Assembly: GCF_000485595.1 (NCBI RefSeq)
Contig: NW_014577076.1
Location: 243,260 to 263,259 of the forward strand
Source of the DNA: Priapulus caudatus
Lineage: Eukaryota
DNA length: 20,000 bases
Direction: 5' to 3'
The stretch's first letter is position 1. Every line of letters begins with the position of its first letter. A program made the translations under genes and the position numbers. This document shows positions 1 through 10,969 of this stretch, one piece after another. Below the pieces are notes generated by a model, which saw only the letters and a program-made list of their open reading frames with translations, was not told where the DNA came from and made no database searches.

Positions 1-392
1 GCTTACATATAGGTTCAGACAAGCAGGAAGAATGCATGACAAGTGCATTAAATTTGTTGAAATAGCGTCTGAAAAAAAAATTGCTACTTCTCGTCGTCGT
101 CGTACAGAAGCTCCCGATAATCACGGTCGAAGGTCACCTCCGATATTTCTGCTGTTTTTAAGTCGTGCGAAAATGGGAAATTTTCTAATCTGTCGAGGAA
201 AATAGTGAAGCTTGATGAAAGCAACAACAAGTCGAGGCACTGGACGCGAGCGTGAAAGGCGCATCTGAAAAATGTTGAGAAAATAATTAAATGCATGTCA
301 ACTGTATGAAGGGAGTATGAATAGTACTAGTGCACATTAAGCTGGGTTTTCACTATCAACTTTCTGTTGAAAAGTTGACGAATTGATAAATT

Positions 393-1096
393 TGTAATGA
401 GGCTCGTGTCGTATATAGTGTACAGGTTCGTAACTTTTGGCGCGTGTAAGAAGTTACCATTAGATAGCACGATTTATAGAGAGAACGCAGATATGTATGA
501 CAGCAACAAGATGTAATCAGGAGTATATATATGCAGATAATAGGAAATTATTCCCTATTATCTACTCCTGATGTAATGTACAACGCTAGGTCTATTTTCC
601 TTTACCAACAACTATAATTACTATAATCCTTCTAGGGGCAAATGTCGCGTACAAGTTCGTCGCCTTAATTAGACGATAACACATACACAATTCTCAACAG
701 AGTTTAGCAGTTCAAAGTAGTTTACAGTCTCAAGGTAGACTCAAAGTAGTTTACAGACACATATAATACAAGCAAACAAGTCAATGCAAAGACGAAACCA
801 TACTCACAATCTAGCGAAGGCGACTCTCTCTCTCTCTCTCTTCTCTAAAGCGGGCCTTTTTATTCAGAATTTCCCGAACCACGTGACTTAAGTATGTCAC
901 GCGTTTGGTCAACATATAACATGGATCACTTTCTTTACTTTCAATAGGGAGGGGGGAGTGATCACTGTCTTACTGCGTGGGCTGCCTTGGCACTAATGGG
1001 GCCCGTGAGTGCTTTGTCACCCGAGGCCAGTCCCTGTCACCGAATCTGCCGATGTGATTTCTTATGAATGAGCATGGCTGAATTTGCTTCATTACA
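393..1096 (-). mobile_element. Solo LTR of an LTR retrotransposon (Gypsy-like 4-bp TSD)
   Basis: Ends TGTAATGA...TCATTACA (TG..CA, 8-bp inverted repeat); flanks AATT/CATT. Removing it plus 4 bp restores the host MITE's match to its right end. It has internal short direct repeats (712-757) and a TATA/polyA-like AATAAAAAGG on the minus strand near 855-864, so orientation is tentative. Confidence 0.72.
518..570. mobile_element. 53-bp palindromic mini-element with 7-bp TSD ATGTAAT (P-superfamily-like ends)
   Basis: CAGGAGTA..AGATAATAGG / CCTATTATCT ACTCCTG inverted repeat; ATGTAAT at 511-517 and 571-577. Confidence 0.7.
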
Positions 1097-2477
1097 CATT
1101 TTTCAACTAATTGACCGAAAGTCGACAGTGTAAACGTAAAATTTGAGCGCTCAACAAGTTGATGGCAACTAGTTTAAGAGATTAGAACATGTTTTATTTT
1201 CTCAACTTGTGGTCAGCGAGTTGATCAAATTTTTGCCATTCAGCCACATATTCTGATAATAGCAATCATGAGGTGCGTCCCTCCATCCAGGGGGAGAGCG
1301 TGTTTTTGCGATTGGCAGCACACTGGCGCGAATTAATACGTGGAAAAATGCGTATTCACATCGCCCCGCGCGCACACGCGCAAAGTTTGCTGACTTGTGG
1401 TCGATAACGTAAAAAACGTTGAACATCTGATAGAAAGATTGATAGAACATTGAAAAACTTATCAACTCGTCGACTTTTCCATAGTGTGAACCCAGCTTTA
1501 AAAGAGCGTTTGCGCTGCAGCAAAACCGCTAGCCCCCTAAAGCTGGCTTTAAGTACCAACAAGATCAGTCGCAGGACGTCGCACAAGCAAAAGATTGCCG
1601 ACAGGGCAACAGGCTTTGTTTACCTGTTGGATTCATATTAACCATAACTAAACGTTCAATATGATATAGTGAGATACGCGGTCACGCTCGACAAGTATTG
1701 CTTAGACCGCGGGAAGGCACTCGGCAACACCAGTCCTGTGTAGATCTCGTTGTGGGGTTTCAATGAAACTCCGGTTTCCGCGGCCAGCCCAGACCTATCT
1801 GAACCGCGCGGGTGTGTCTCGGCTGAGGGGTAGATCTACTGCAGTCATCTGACCTAAACACCAAGACGACAGCTCTTCTGCTATTGTGTCGCATGCATGT
1901 ACGAGGGCCGTCTGTGGAACGCAAGTGCGGGCCACGTGTAAATGCGGTAGCTTGCATATACACCACAATCACCTGCAGATTTACAAAATCATGGTCGCTG
2001 TATTACGTCTGTCACACTAACTCAAGACGAACGCCAGGATTTCGTGTGTGTGAGTTTATGACATATCCGCCAATAGTCGCACCAATGACACCGAGGGATA
2101 CCTCGGTAATTATTACAGTCACCAAAGTCGACCCTGTTCTTGCGCAGTTATGATATTTTTGCGTACCGCGTTCCCAGCGGAATGATTTTCATACCGCCAG
2201 GGAAATTGTCATTGCAAAGAACGCCGAGTAAACTTTAGTAAACGGTGCGCAAAATGCCATGTGAACGTTATGTAATTAAAGTAATATATTATTATTAATG
2301 CCTATCCCATATTCCATCGGTTGAACCCTAACTAGCATTTGCATGGGTTCTCGCTTCTTCATTGGAGTCGCAAATCTCGTGGTGCTTGTGTAGTGATTAG
2401 CGCGAAGCCAGCGTCAGCATAATTCGATTACCATCTTTTGGATATATATATTTATTTATTTATTTATATATAAAGAA

Positions 2478-2479
<2 letters not shown>

Positions 2480-2524
<45 letters not shown>

Positions 2525-2543
2525 AGAGAGAAGNNNNNNNNNN

Positions 2544-2610
<67 letters not shown>
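2480..2610 (+). repeat. (AG)n microsatellite spanning a 10-N gap (2534-2543)
   Basis: Direct observation. Confidence 0.97.
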
Positions 2611-2615
<5 letters not shown>

Positions 2616-2703
2616 GAGTAAGAGCGGGAGAAAGGGGTGAAAGAGCTGTCAATGACACCTTCATTTAATGGATATAGTGGTTTACACGCATCAATATTTA
2701 TAT

Positions 2704-3175
2704 ATTAATGCCTGTTGTTGGGGGCACTATGCTCTCATAGTGTGCTGAAGGAAGGATAAGTGCCGCGAGGCGGTAGGGCGAGGGGCACTATTCTGCCGTT
2801 CGCCAATAGCAACCTAGCTAGTGAGAGCATAGTGGCCCGCAACAATCCAGGGCATTAATGTTTTGTTGGTGCATTCGGCATGACTATGGCAAATCTAATT
2901 TTGCAATGGTTATATACCTTCTTCTTATACTCCCGTAATTTGGCCGGTGGCATCGATGTAGACAAAACGCTCGACAATCAAACATAACCGACCATTAATT
3001 CGAAACCATCTTAGCGTGGCGCCTAGACGGGGCAGGAGATTCGGTGAACGTGAACACAATGGCGTAGGCAATGCGTCGCGCAAGCAATAGTGCCCCGCTA
3101 TTGGCTTCATATACCGTGCGACGTTATCCAATAGAATTTCAACGATTTATCACGTGATGCACTAATAGTGAATAA
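2704..3175. repeat. Putative non-autonomous repeat beginning with a ~155-bp hairpin (2704-2859)
   Basis: ATTAATGCC..TTGTTG.GGGCACTATGCTCTCA / TGAGAGCATAGTGGCCCGCAACAA..GGCATTAAT, with a GC-rich loop. The arm motif recurs as ATAGTGCCCCGC near 3088. The right boundary is a guess. Confidence 0.5.
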
Positions 3176-3502
3176 TGCATGGCACGTGCCGTAACAACGC
3201 CTTGGTTATAGGGTAGCTGTAGATCTTGATAGTTTTATCGCTGTAAATACTACTGGTAAACACGCTAGTCTTTAATACCACTATGGCTAAACGTCGCTCC
3301 TGGTGCCAACCCCTCCCACAACCCCTTAAAAGTCGTCGTCTTTCCTTGCAAGAATGTAGTGTTCAGTATGTTTTGAAACTGCAGTGGATTTTTAGCTTGG
3401 AAAAAGTCATGTGCAATAACGACATTTCTATTGACTACTGTGCTGTCATGTAGGTTTTATGGAAATACAGATAATGCGCCTTATAGAATATTATAACACG
3501 CC

Positions 3503-3999
3503 GGGGCGCGCGACACACACACACACAGCACACACAGCCCGACGACACACACACACCACACACAAGCAGCTACACACACACACACACACAGACACCACAC
3601 ACACACACACATGAGCACCAACGAACGCACGCACACACGCACAACACACCTCACACACTGGACACACAACACACACACGCACACAGCAGCACATACATAC
3701 ATATAATATAATTGTAATATATATATATATATATATATATATAGTATATAGTATATATATATATATATCAAGAGTAGATAATAGAGAGACCTCTAATATC
3801 TCTATATTCTCTATTATGTAGGCTACTCTTGATATACATTATATATGTATTATATATATCTTGATATACATTATATATGTATTATATATATCTTGATATA
3901 ATTATATTGATTTGATATATACATTTATACATAGTATTATATATACTTTGTTTTAATGTAATGTATATATATCTGATGATATATATCTGTATGTATATA
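3503..3999 (+). repeat. Imperfect (CA)n followed by (TA)n low-complexity tract, including a ~32-bp tandem unit at 3827-3900
   Basis: Direct observation. Confidence 0.92.
3769..3831. mobile_element. 63-bp palindromic mini-element related to 518-570, inside a TA microsatellite
   Basis: CAAGAGTAGATAATAGAGA...TCTCTATTAT..CTACTCTTG; the TSD cannot be resolved within (TA)n. Confidence 0.6.
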
Positions 4000-5385
4000 A
4001 TAAAGCTGTGAAAGCCATGTCGCCGTTAATAGACAAAGAAAATGTGCGACCTGAGATAGATAAAAATCAGGAGTAATTAATCTGCTTGAACAACATCACG
4101 CACAAGCATTCCGCGCCGACCTAATCAAAGGACACGCTTGAACACGGACCAACGGAAATGCGCGACATCGTGCGAAAATTCTTAGCCGGAGACATCATTT
4201 CATCAGTTGTAAAAAAAAGCTCAAGCGCTGCATCATTGCCATAGGGCGCACGCCAACACGTATGGCTTATTTTTACTCGAATGCAAGCAGTGTGAAATCA
4301 AACAGACAGCATTTCATTGGCTTATTCGCTCGGAAAAAATGCACGTTTATTCGATTCACTCACGTCATTTATCTGGAATGAAATTCATCAGCGTGGAAGC
4401 ATATACTTGTTGGCAATCTAGACGTCGTAGGGCGAAAAACCTCTAAAATCAATTCAAACGCACATCAAACAGTCAGTCCGCACATTTGGGGCATGTGGGC
4501 GACCGACCGTGCGCCCCCCACCCTCCACGGCGCACAAGCCCAAGGCGGTAAACGAATTCAGCGCGGCTAACTAAAAGCGCTTAGATCATCAGTTGCCGGT
4601 TTGATTGAAGCTTTCCTTTCATCTGACACTGATTGTCGTAAAGATTTTAACCTGCAACGCGTAAGACAAAACGGCGAATGCAATTCGTGGCTTCCGAACA
4701 AGCCGCTGCATTCCCGTCCGGAACGGGCCAACGCGCCATTATGCAATTCCCTACTACAGCCTAGCAGGCCGCGGCGCATGCAACGCTCCAGGCAACGCGA
4801 TGCTGTCGTGGCGAACGTGTCCTGGGTGGCATGGCGGCTAGTGGGACTGACAGTAGGCGTGTTATATTAATTAAGCCGCCTGCTCTAGGCTGACGGGAGC
4901 GCTGTCAAGCGTCGCACTAGTGCCCAGCTAAGCGCGATCAATATGCAAAGGGCAGTACTAGTGCAAACATTTTGTGAAACTCTACGATAACTTCATTCCG
5001 GGCGTACAGAGAAACGCCGTTCGATATGGGGGGCGTCGGAGGATACCCTCCTGGCTGATAGTAACTGCAGGCGATTCAGGTTCACGATCTTAATCGCGAT
5101 GAATAATTCAAAGGAATCAAACCGGCGCGTCGATTCGGCAAGATTTGGGACATCTTACGGGGGGGCGCGACTTTTCGTTGAAATGCTTAAATCTAGTTTG
5201 GGCATTGAATAATTTACGTGGCAAAAAGAGCATTTATACATATATCGGCGGGGCATGTTATTGACCAAGTGTCGCGACACAGCGTAATGATAATATTTTC
5301 TTTTTATTAAAGTAATATTTCTAAGGTTTAAACCCCCTGTTTACCTGTCGATTTCATCAAGTCTCCTACATCACCACACGTCGCT

Positions 5386-5441
5386 TGTGTGCGTGCGTGC
5401 GTGCGTGCGCGCGTGTGTGTGCGTGCGTACGTGCCTGTGTG
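5386..5441 (+). repeat. (GTGC)n/(GT)n microsatellite (counterpart at ~10509-10566)
   Basis: Direct observation. Confidence 0.9.
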
Positions 5442-6985
5442 TTTATATATGGTTGATAGCACCCGTTTGACACTTTATATAGAATAATCACACCCATGTG
5501 CTCATAAAAATTTGGTCATCAGAAGCTCTATGTTATTGTACCTTAAAGTGAGTAGGCCTATAATTCATACTTTCCGTTTCTTTGCTGCAATTAATACATT
5601 AGTCAGAAAAGCAGACACGTACGTTGTACAGTGGACATATAGCCCGCGATCATACAGGTGACGCTATATCAGCGCATCACTTCCGAGGTGCTTCTGGATT
5701 CCAATGTGATTCCAATCTTATCTAAACGCACAGTCAGTACCGAAGGAGGATTAATATACTATTTGTATCCGCAACTCGACTTGCTAAAGAGAAGTTAGTA
5801 TACGGACAGTAATTTTCTAGAATGTCGAATACGGCAGGTTCGAGTGACACTGCTGAAAATGTTTTGCTCTGATGACGACGCCATTCGCTCGCCTATATAT
5901 AGATACACCGAGTTGATAAATATTCCCCCCATACAATGTCCGCAATATGCGCCCATTTGTTTCATGCGGAGCTCCCAAGTGTCCGATATTTATCCCTCTC
6001 GATCAACGCTTTGGCTATGTCTAGCTGTAACAAACGTTTCTAGTAATGAAACCCAAATATTAGTGACGAGGTCGATCGTCGTACGTGGTCCCTATGTGTC
6101 AGGCCATGGTCAGGCGTTACAGTCAGCGCTGGAGTTCCTCACACTAGACAGCGACTCTAGTCAGCAATAATATAAATCAGGATAAGAAACGCTACTGTGG
6201 ATCGGCCTGAAAAAGGGCACATTTCGTGATAATGAATACTGTGACAAGGGCGACTATATGTAGGTATTCCCAAAAAAAGCACGCCATATAAGCACAGCCT
6301 CCCTAAGATGAAGATCCAAATGAGTGATATCCGACAAAACATAATGCCAAACTTGGCTCTTATCCGGTTTAGAATGGTCCATACAAAGCACAATAAGAAA
6401 ATGTAGAAAACCAAGCTGATGCTTTTGCGTGGAAAAGCAATCGATTTTATGTGCGGATTATTAGAGAATATAATTATAGCAGCTTAAATTACTGGCATGG
6501 TCAGTGACCCCATAGGACGAGCAAGCTTTGATCCAATTCAATGTCGAATTCAGCCCTAACATCCTACTTAAGTCATGCGACAGTCTATGCGTATTCGCGG
6601 CATGGGTTCGGATATGAAACGTGGGGATTAATAGGATGCCGGTACGATCGACCATTAGTGATCAAGTACACAACTTACCCTAGTTTGGCCTCTGGAATTG
6701 CGTATTATGAGACACATGACAGAAGATGTGGTTTTATCATGCGAGAATCAGCTAGACCTGCGACGACCTGGTCGGTCTAGGAGAATGTCAGCTAGTGATA
6801 AATTGCCTGGAGAATATAATAATATAACAGCAATGTTCTTCCGGTTATTGCCTATTCTACGGAATAACCCCAGATAAAAGAAATGGCGCGTCACACTACC
6901 GGCCACAGGACCACAAAACAAACACACGTGGACTACAGAAATAGTATACTCCTGGACTCCTGGAGTATATAAGGAACGTGGACTC

Positions 6986-6988
<3 letters not shown>

Positions 6989-7034
<46 letters not shown>
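6989..7034 (+). repeat. (AT)23 microsatellite
   Basis: Direct observation. Confidence 0.97.
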
Positions 7035-7037
<3 letters not shown>

Positions 7038-7525
7038 TATGTTAGTAGTAACGCAATTTTTATTTCTATTTGCCTTAGGCCTACTGCTATATATGTGACA
7101 AAAATAATTAGGGCGACACGATAGCGTGTGTAGCAAATGCATTCACGCTCAATGTGGCCATGAACGAAGGGGTTTGTATAATTATCGCGACAGAACCCTA
7201 TGTTACAAAGAAACGAGTTATTGAGTAGAAGTTTGTGGACCAATTAATCTTGGAATTTGAGTATCTATATATACGTTTAGGGAACATCGATTGTACCGCT
7301 CCATTAAAAACGGCTTTCACACTGTACTTTTTATATAGAAGAGTGGTCGACGGTTATTTTCTGGAAGCTAAATAGATATTTCGGACGGGAATAGAAGTCA
7401 GACGGGAACTGGGAAATGACATATTATTTTACTTGGGACACTGGGAATGGACCCTTCTCCGCACGCGCTATGCGGAAGCTCAGTGTCGATAGCTTATACG
7501 ATACTTATAGTTAATAGGCTATAAC

Positions 7526-7803
7526 CAGCCTGTTCTGCTAGCACCTATGACAAATACGACATACGCATATACGCTCACCTATGACACTATTCTTCCTATG
7601 ACAAATATTGTTGTATGTGTTGTGCGCATCATAAGAGTTTAGGAGCGCTATTATGACCGCAAGCGGTGAATTTCAGCTGTAAAGCGGAACGAAGTTTACT
7701 CGCCAATATTTGTCATAGGAAGAATCTTCCTGCCACAAATAGTGTCATAGGAGAGCGTATATGCGTATGTCGTATGTGTCGTAGATGCTAGCAGAACATG
7801 TTG
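7526..7803. mobile_element. 278-bp MITE with ~85-bp imperfect TIRs and 7-bp TSD CTATAAC
   Basis: CAGCCTGTTCTGCTAGCA..ATACGACATACGCATATACGCTC..CCTATGACAAATATTG is mirrored at 7704-7803; CTATAAC at 7519-7525 and 7804-7810. Confidence 0.85.
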
Positions 7804-10282
7804 CTATAACACAACAGAGACACCTGTCGTACCGTAGTGACTACAGTGAAACTATTTATTAGGCATAAAGCTCCATGTCGGTCCGATAGCACATTTTCGC
7901 AATTTACTTAAGTATTAATCCTGTTAAATCGGCAGCATGCAGTAAATGGAACCCAAGTTGGTATACTTGTAATAAATAAAAGCATTAACACTGTAATGGT
8001 CACTTACGCATACGCTTTCCGACACGCATGACCACACATGCATACGCACGTACTTACGCGGTGGCGGTGCACCCGCGCAAGCATAGACACGCACGAGCGC
8101 ACTCATGCACGCACAAACCCACACACAAACGCCCTCAAATATTCACGCACGCTCGACCGAATGCACGCGACCACATCAACGAAAAGTTGTCATCATTTTT
8201 AAGAAACGTAAAACGCGCGAACACATGATACGATTCATTTGCATACGGTAATGGCGAGATATTTTCGTAGGCCATGGCAGTCGCACACATACACTGTACG
8301 AATCGTATTATAACGACTGTAACTTATTATTGCACATCGACACCCAAAATACAAGTGTTCCCAATATTCGCTGTCTCGTTACTGTCTACTAAACAGACGA
8401 TTATCACTTGCAGGATCATTATGCATAAGCATCAATAGTACCTCAATAGTACAGGCGTTTCAAGCATTCTCCTGCTCAAAGCAATTGTGAACTACGACTG
8501 GTTGGCAGTAGGTGTAAGCTGCCTGTAATAAGTAATCTTCTAACAAGCGGAAAGCGAATTATATAAACGGCTGTTAATAGTATAATATAAAGTATATGTT
8601 TGAACATGATACCAAAATACTGATGGAATCGTAATATAATATAAATCAATTTACTATCTAGTGGGACAATCATATGTCGATTAATAAAACCTGTTAAAAG
8701 GAAGAAATTCACAATTTTAAACAAAAGGTACATCTAAATCATTACTATATATTGGCAAGCTTTTATCTGCGTGGCACACCACAGTAACGCCAGACACTTT
8801 GTGCAAGACGAATGGAAGAGAATTGCGATGTCCTTAAGCGAGTTTAACACACATTATGGAGCCGCATTAGCCGAGCATGGAACAGAGTTACTGCCCTCGG
8901 CGAAGTGCGTGAGAAACGTGGCGAAACAGATATTAGAGCTGTGACGCGCATCAAATACATACATCGTAAAGAAAAGAAAATGTGCGACCGAGAAGATAAA
9001 ATCAGGAGAATTAATCTGCTTGAACAAATCACCAGCATTCCGCGCGACTACAAAGGACACGCTTGAACCCAACGGAATGCCGACATCGTGCGAATTCTTT
9101 ACACCGAGACACATTTCATCAGTGTAAAAAAAGCTCAACGCTCGCACATTGCCATAGCGCACGCACTGACGTATGCTTATTTTTACCGAATGCAACAGTG
9201 TGATAAACAGACGCATTTCATTGCTTATTCGCCGGAAAAATGCACGTTTATTCGATTTCACTCACCATTTATCTGGAATAAATTCATCAGCGTGGAAGCA
9301 TATACTTGTTGCAATCTAGACGTTCGTAGGCGAAAAACCTCTAAATAATTCAAACGCATCAAACAGTCAGTCGCACATTTGCATGTGCGACCGACCGTCT
9401 CCCCCACCCTCCACGCGCACAGCCCACGGTACGAATTCGCCGGCTAACTAAAGACCGAGATCATCAGTTTCCGTTTGATGAACTTTCCTTTCATCTGACA
9501 CTGATTGTCGTAAAATTTTAACTCAACGCGTAAGACAAAACGGCGAATGCAATTCGTGCTTCCCGAACACCGCTGTATTCCCGCCGGACCGCAACGCCGC
9601 CATTATCAATTCCCTACTACAGCTACAGCCGCGGCGCATCACACGCCCCACGCGAGCTTGTCGTGCGACGTGTCTGGGTGCATGGCGCGTAGTGGGACTG
9701 ACAGGTACGTGTTATATTATTAGCCGCCTGCTCTACTGACGGGACGCTGTCAGCTCGCACTAGTGCCCGGCTAAGCCGATCAATATGCAAAGCAGTATAG
9801 TGCAAACATTTTGTGAAATCATCGATTAACTTCATTCCGGCGTACAGAGAAACGCCGTTCGATGCGTCGGAGGATATCCTCCTGGCTGTAGTACTGGCAC
9901 GTTCAGGTTCACTCTTAATCGGCATGAATAATTAAGGAACAAACCGGCGGTCGATTCGCAGATTTGCATCTTACGGCGCGATTTTCGTTGAAATGCTTAA
10001 ATCTAGTTTGGCCATTGAATAATTTACGTGCAAAAAGATCATTTATAATATATCGCATGTTATTACCAAGTGTCGTCGACCACGCTAATGATAATATTTT
10101 CTTTTTATTAAGTAATATTCTAAAGGTTTAAACCCCCTGTTACCTGTCGTTTCCAGTTCTACATACCATGGTCCTTGTTTAAGACGAATCACTGAGCATC
10201 GATAGGCTATCATTTCGAAATCTCATCCTGGACCAACATGGACCAGCCAATTCGCCGGAAAGTATTTTTTATAATAATTTGT

Positions 10283-10288
<6 letters not shown>

Positions 10289-10334
<46 letters not shown>

Positions 10335-10504
10335 CACGAGTTAATGAAGACAAACGATGTGTTGTCTTCATTAACTCCTGATATAATATATATATATACC
10401 TATATAATGATATATATATATGATATATATATATATGATAACAATGATGTTTGTCTTCATTAACTCTTGATATAATATATATATATATATATAATATATA
10501 TATA
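10289..10504 (+). repeat. (TA)n tracts interrupted by palindromic mini-elements
   Basis: Direct observation. Confidence 0.9.
10335..10380. mobile_element. 46-bp palindromic mini-element with 7-bp TSD ATATAAT
   Basis: CACGAGTTAATGAAGACAA / TTGTCTTCATTAACTCCTG (18/19 complementary); ATATAAT at 10328-10334 and 10381-10387; a second right half lies at ~10440-10469. Confidence 0.65.
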
Positions 10505-10944
10505 GGTATGTGTGCGTGCGTGCGTGCGTGCCGCGCGTGGTGTGGCGTGCGTAACGTGCGTGTGTGTTTATAATTGGTTGATAGGCACCGTTTGAACATC
10601 TTTATATAGAATAATCACACCCATGTGCTTCATAAAAATTTGGTCATCAGAAGAGCCTATGTATTTGTTAGCCTTAAAGTGAGTAGGCCTATAATTCATA
10701 CTTTCCGTTTCTTTGGCTGCAATTAATACATTAGTCAGAAAAGCAGACACGCTACGTTGTACAGTGGACATATAGCCCGCGATCATACAGGTGACGCTAT
10801 ATCAGCGCATCACTTCCGAGGTGCTTCTGGATTCCAATGTGAATTCCGAATCTTCATCTAAACGCAGCAGGTTCAGTTACGCAAGGAGGATTAATATACC
10901 TATTTGTATCCGCAACTCGACTGCCTAAAAGCAGAAGTTAGTAT

Positions 10945-10969
10945 NNNNNNNNNNNNNNNNNNNNNNNNN
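10945..10969. other. Assembly gap of 25 N
   Basis: Its flanks correspond to copy A positions ~5801 and ~6421, so about 620 bp are unrepresented. Confidence 0.95.

Larger units (their letters stand above)
340..1497. mobile_element. Non-autonomous PIF/Harbinger-type DNA transposon (MITE), interrupted by a solo LTR
   Basis: Left TIR AGCTGGGTTTTCACTAT vs right TIR (reverse complement) AGCTGGGTTCACACTAT, 15/17 identical. A subterminal match GAAAAGTyGACGArTTGATAA follows. TTA flanks both ends (337-339, 1498-1500); a TWA TSD is characteristic of PIF/Harbinger. Confidence 0.8.
4000..8935 (+). repeat. ~5-kb direct duplication, copy A
   Basis: 4035-5370 matches 8972-10178; 5385-5801 matches 10510-10944; 6421-8970 matches 10970-14340. 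Boundaries approximate. Confidence 0.92.

Noticed and set aside
1538..1551. TAA-AGCTGGCT-TTA, resembling a Harbinger excision footprint
   Set aside because: Too short to distinguish from chance.
1878..1972. Minus-strand DCGVY peptide resembling the Ulp1 protease catalytic motif
   Set aside because: The upstream Q-x-N context is missing and the frame stops after about 30 codons.
5836..5846. GGTTCGAGT B-box-like motif
   Set aside because: No matching A-box or tRNA stem structure.
6906..6988. Possible further CAGGAG..CTCCTG element abutting (AT)23
   Set aside because: The right end GTGGACTCCTG is present, but the left end is degenerate and there is no TSD, so it was not called.
9623..9925. 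100-aa ORF MPIKSEPER... in the duplicated unit; also 5844..6170 and 8854..9261
   Set aside because: No recognisable motifs or supporting exon structure; cannot be distinguished from chance.
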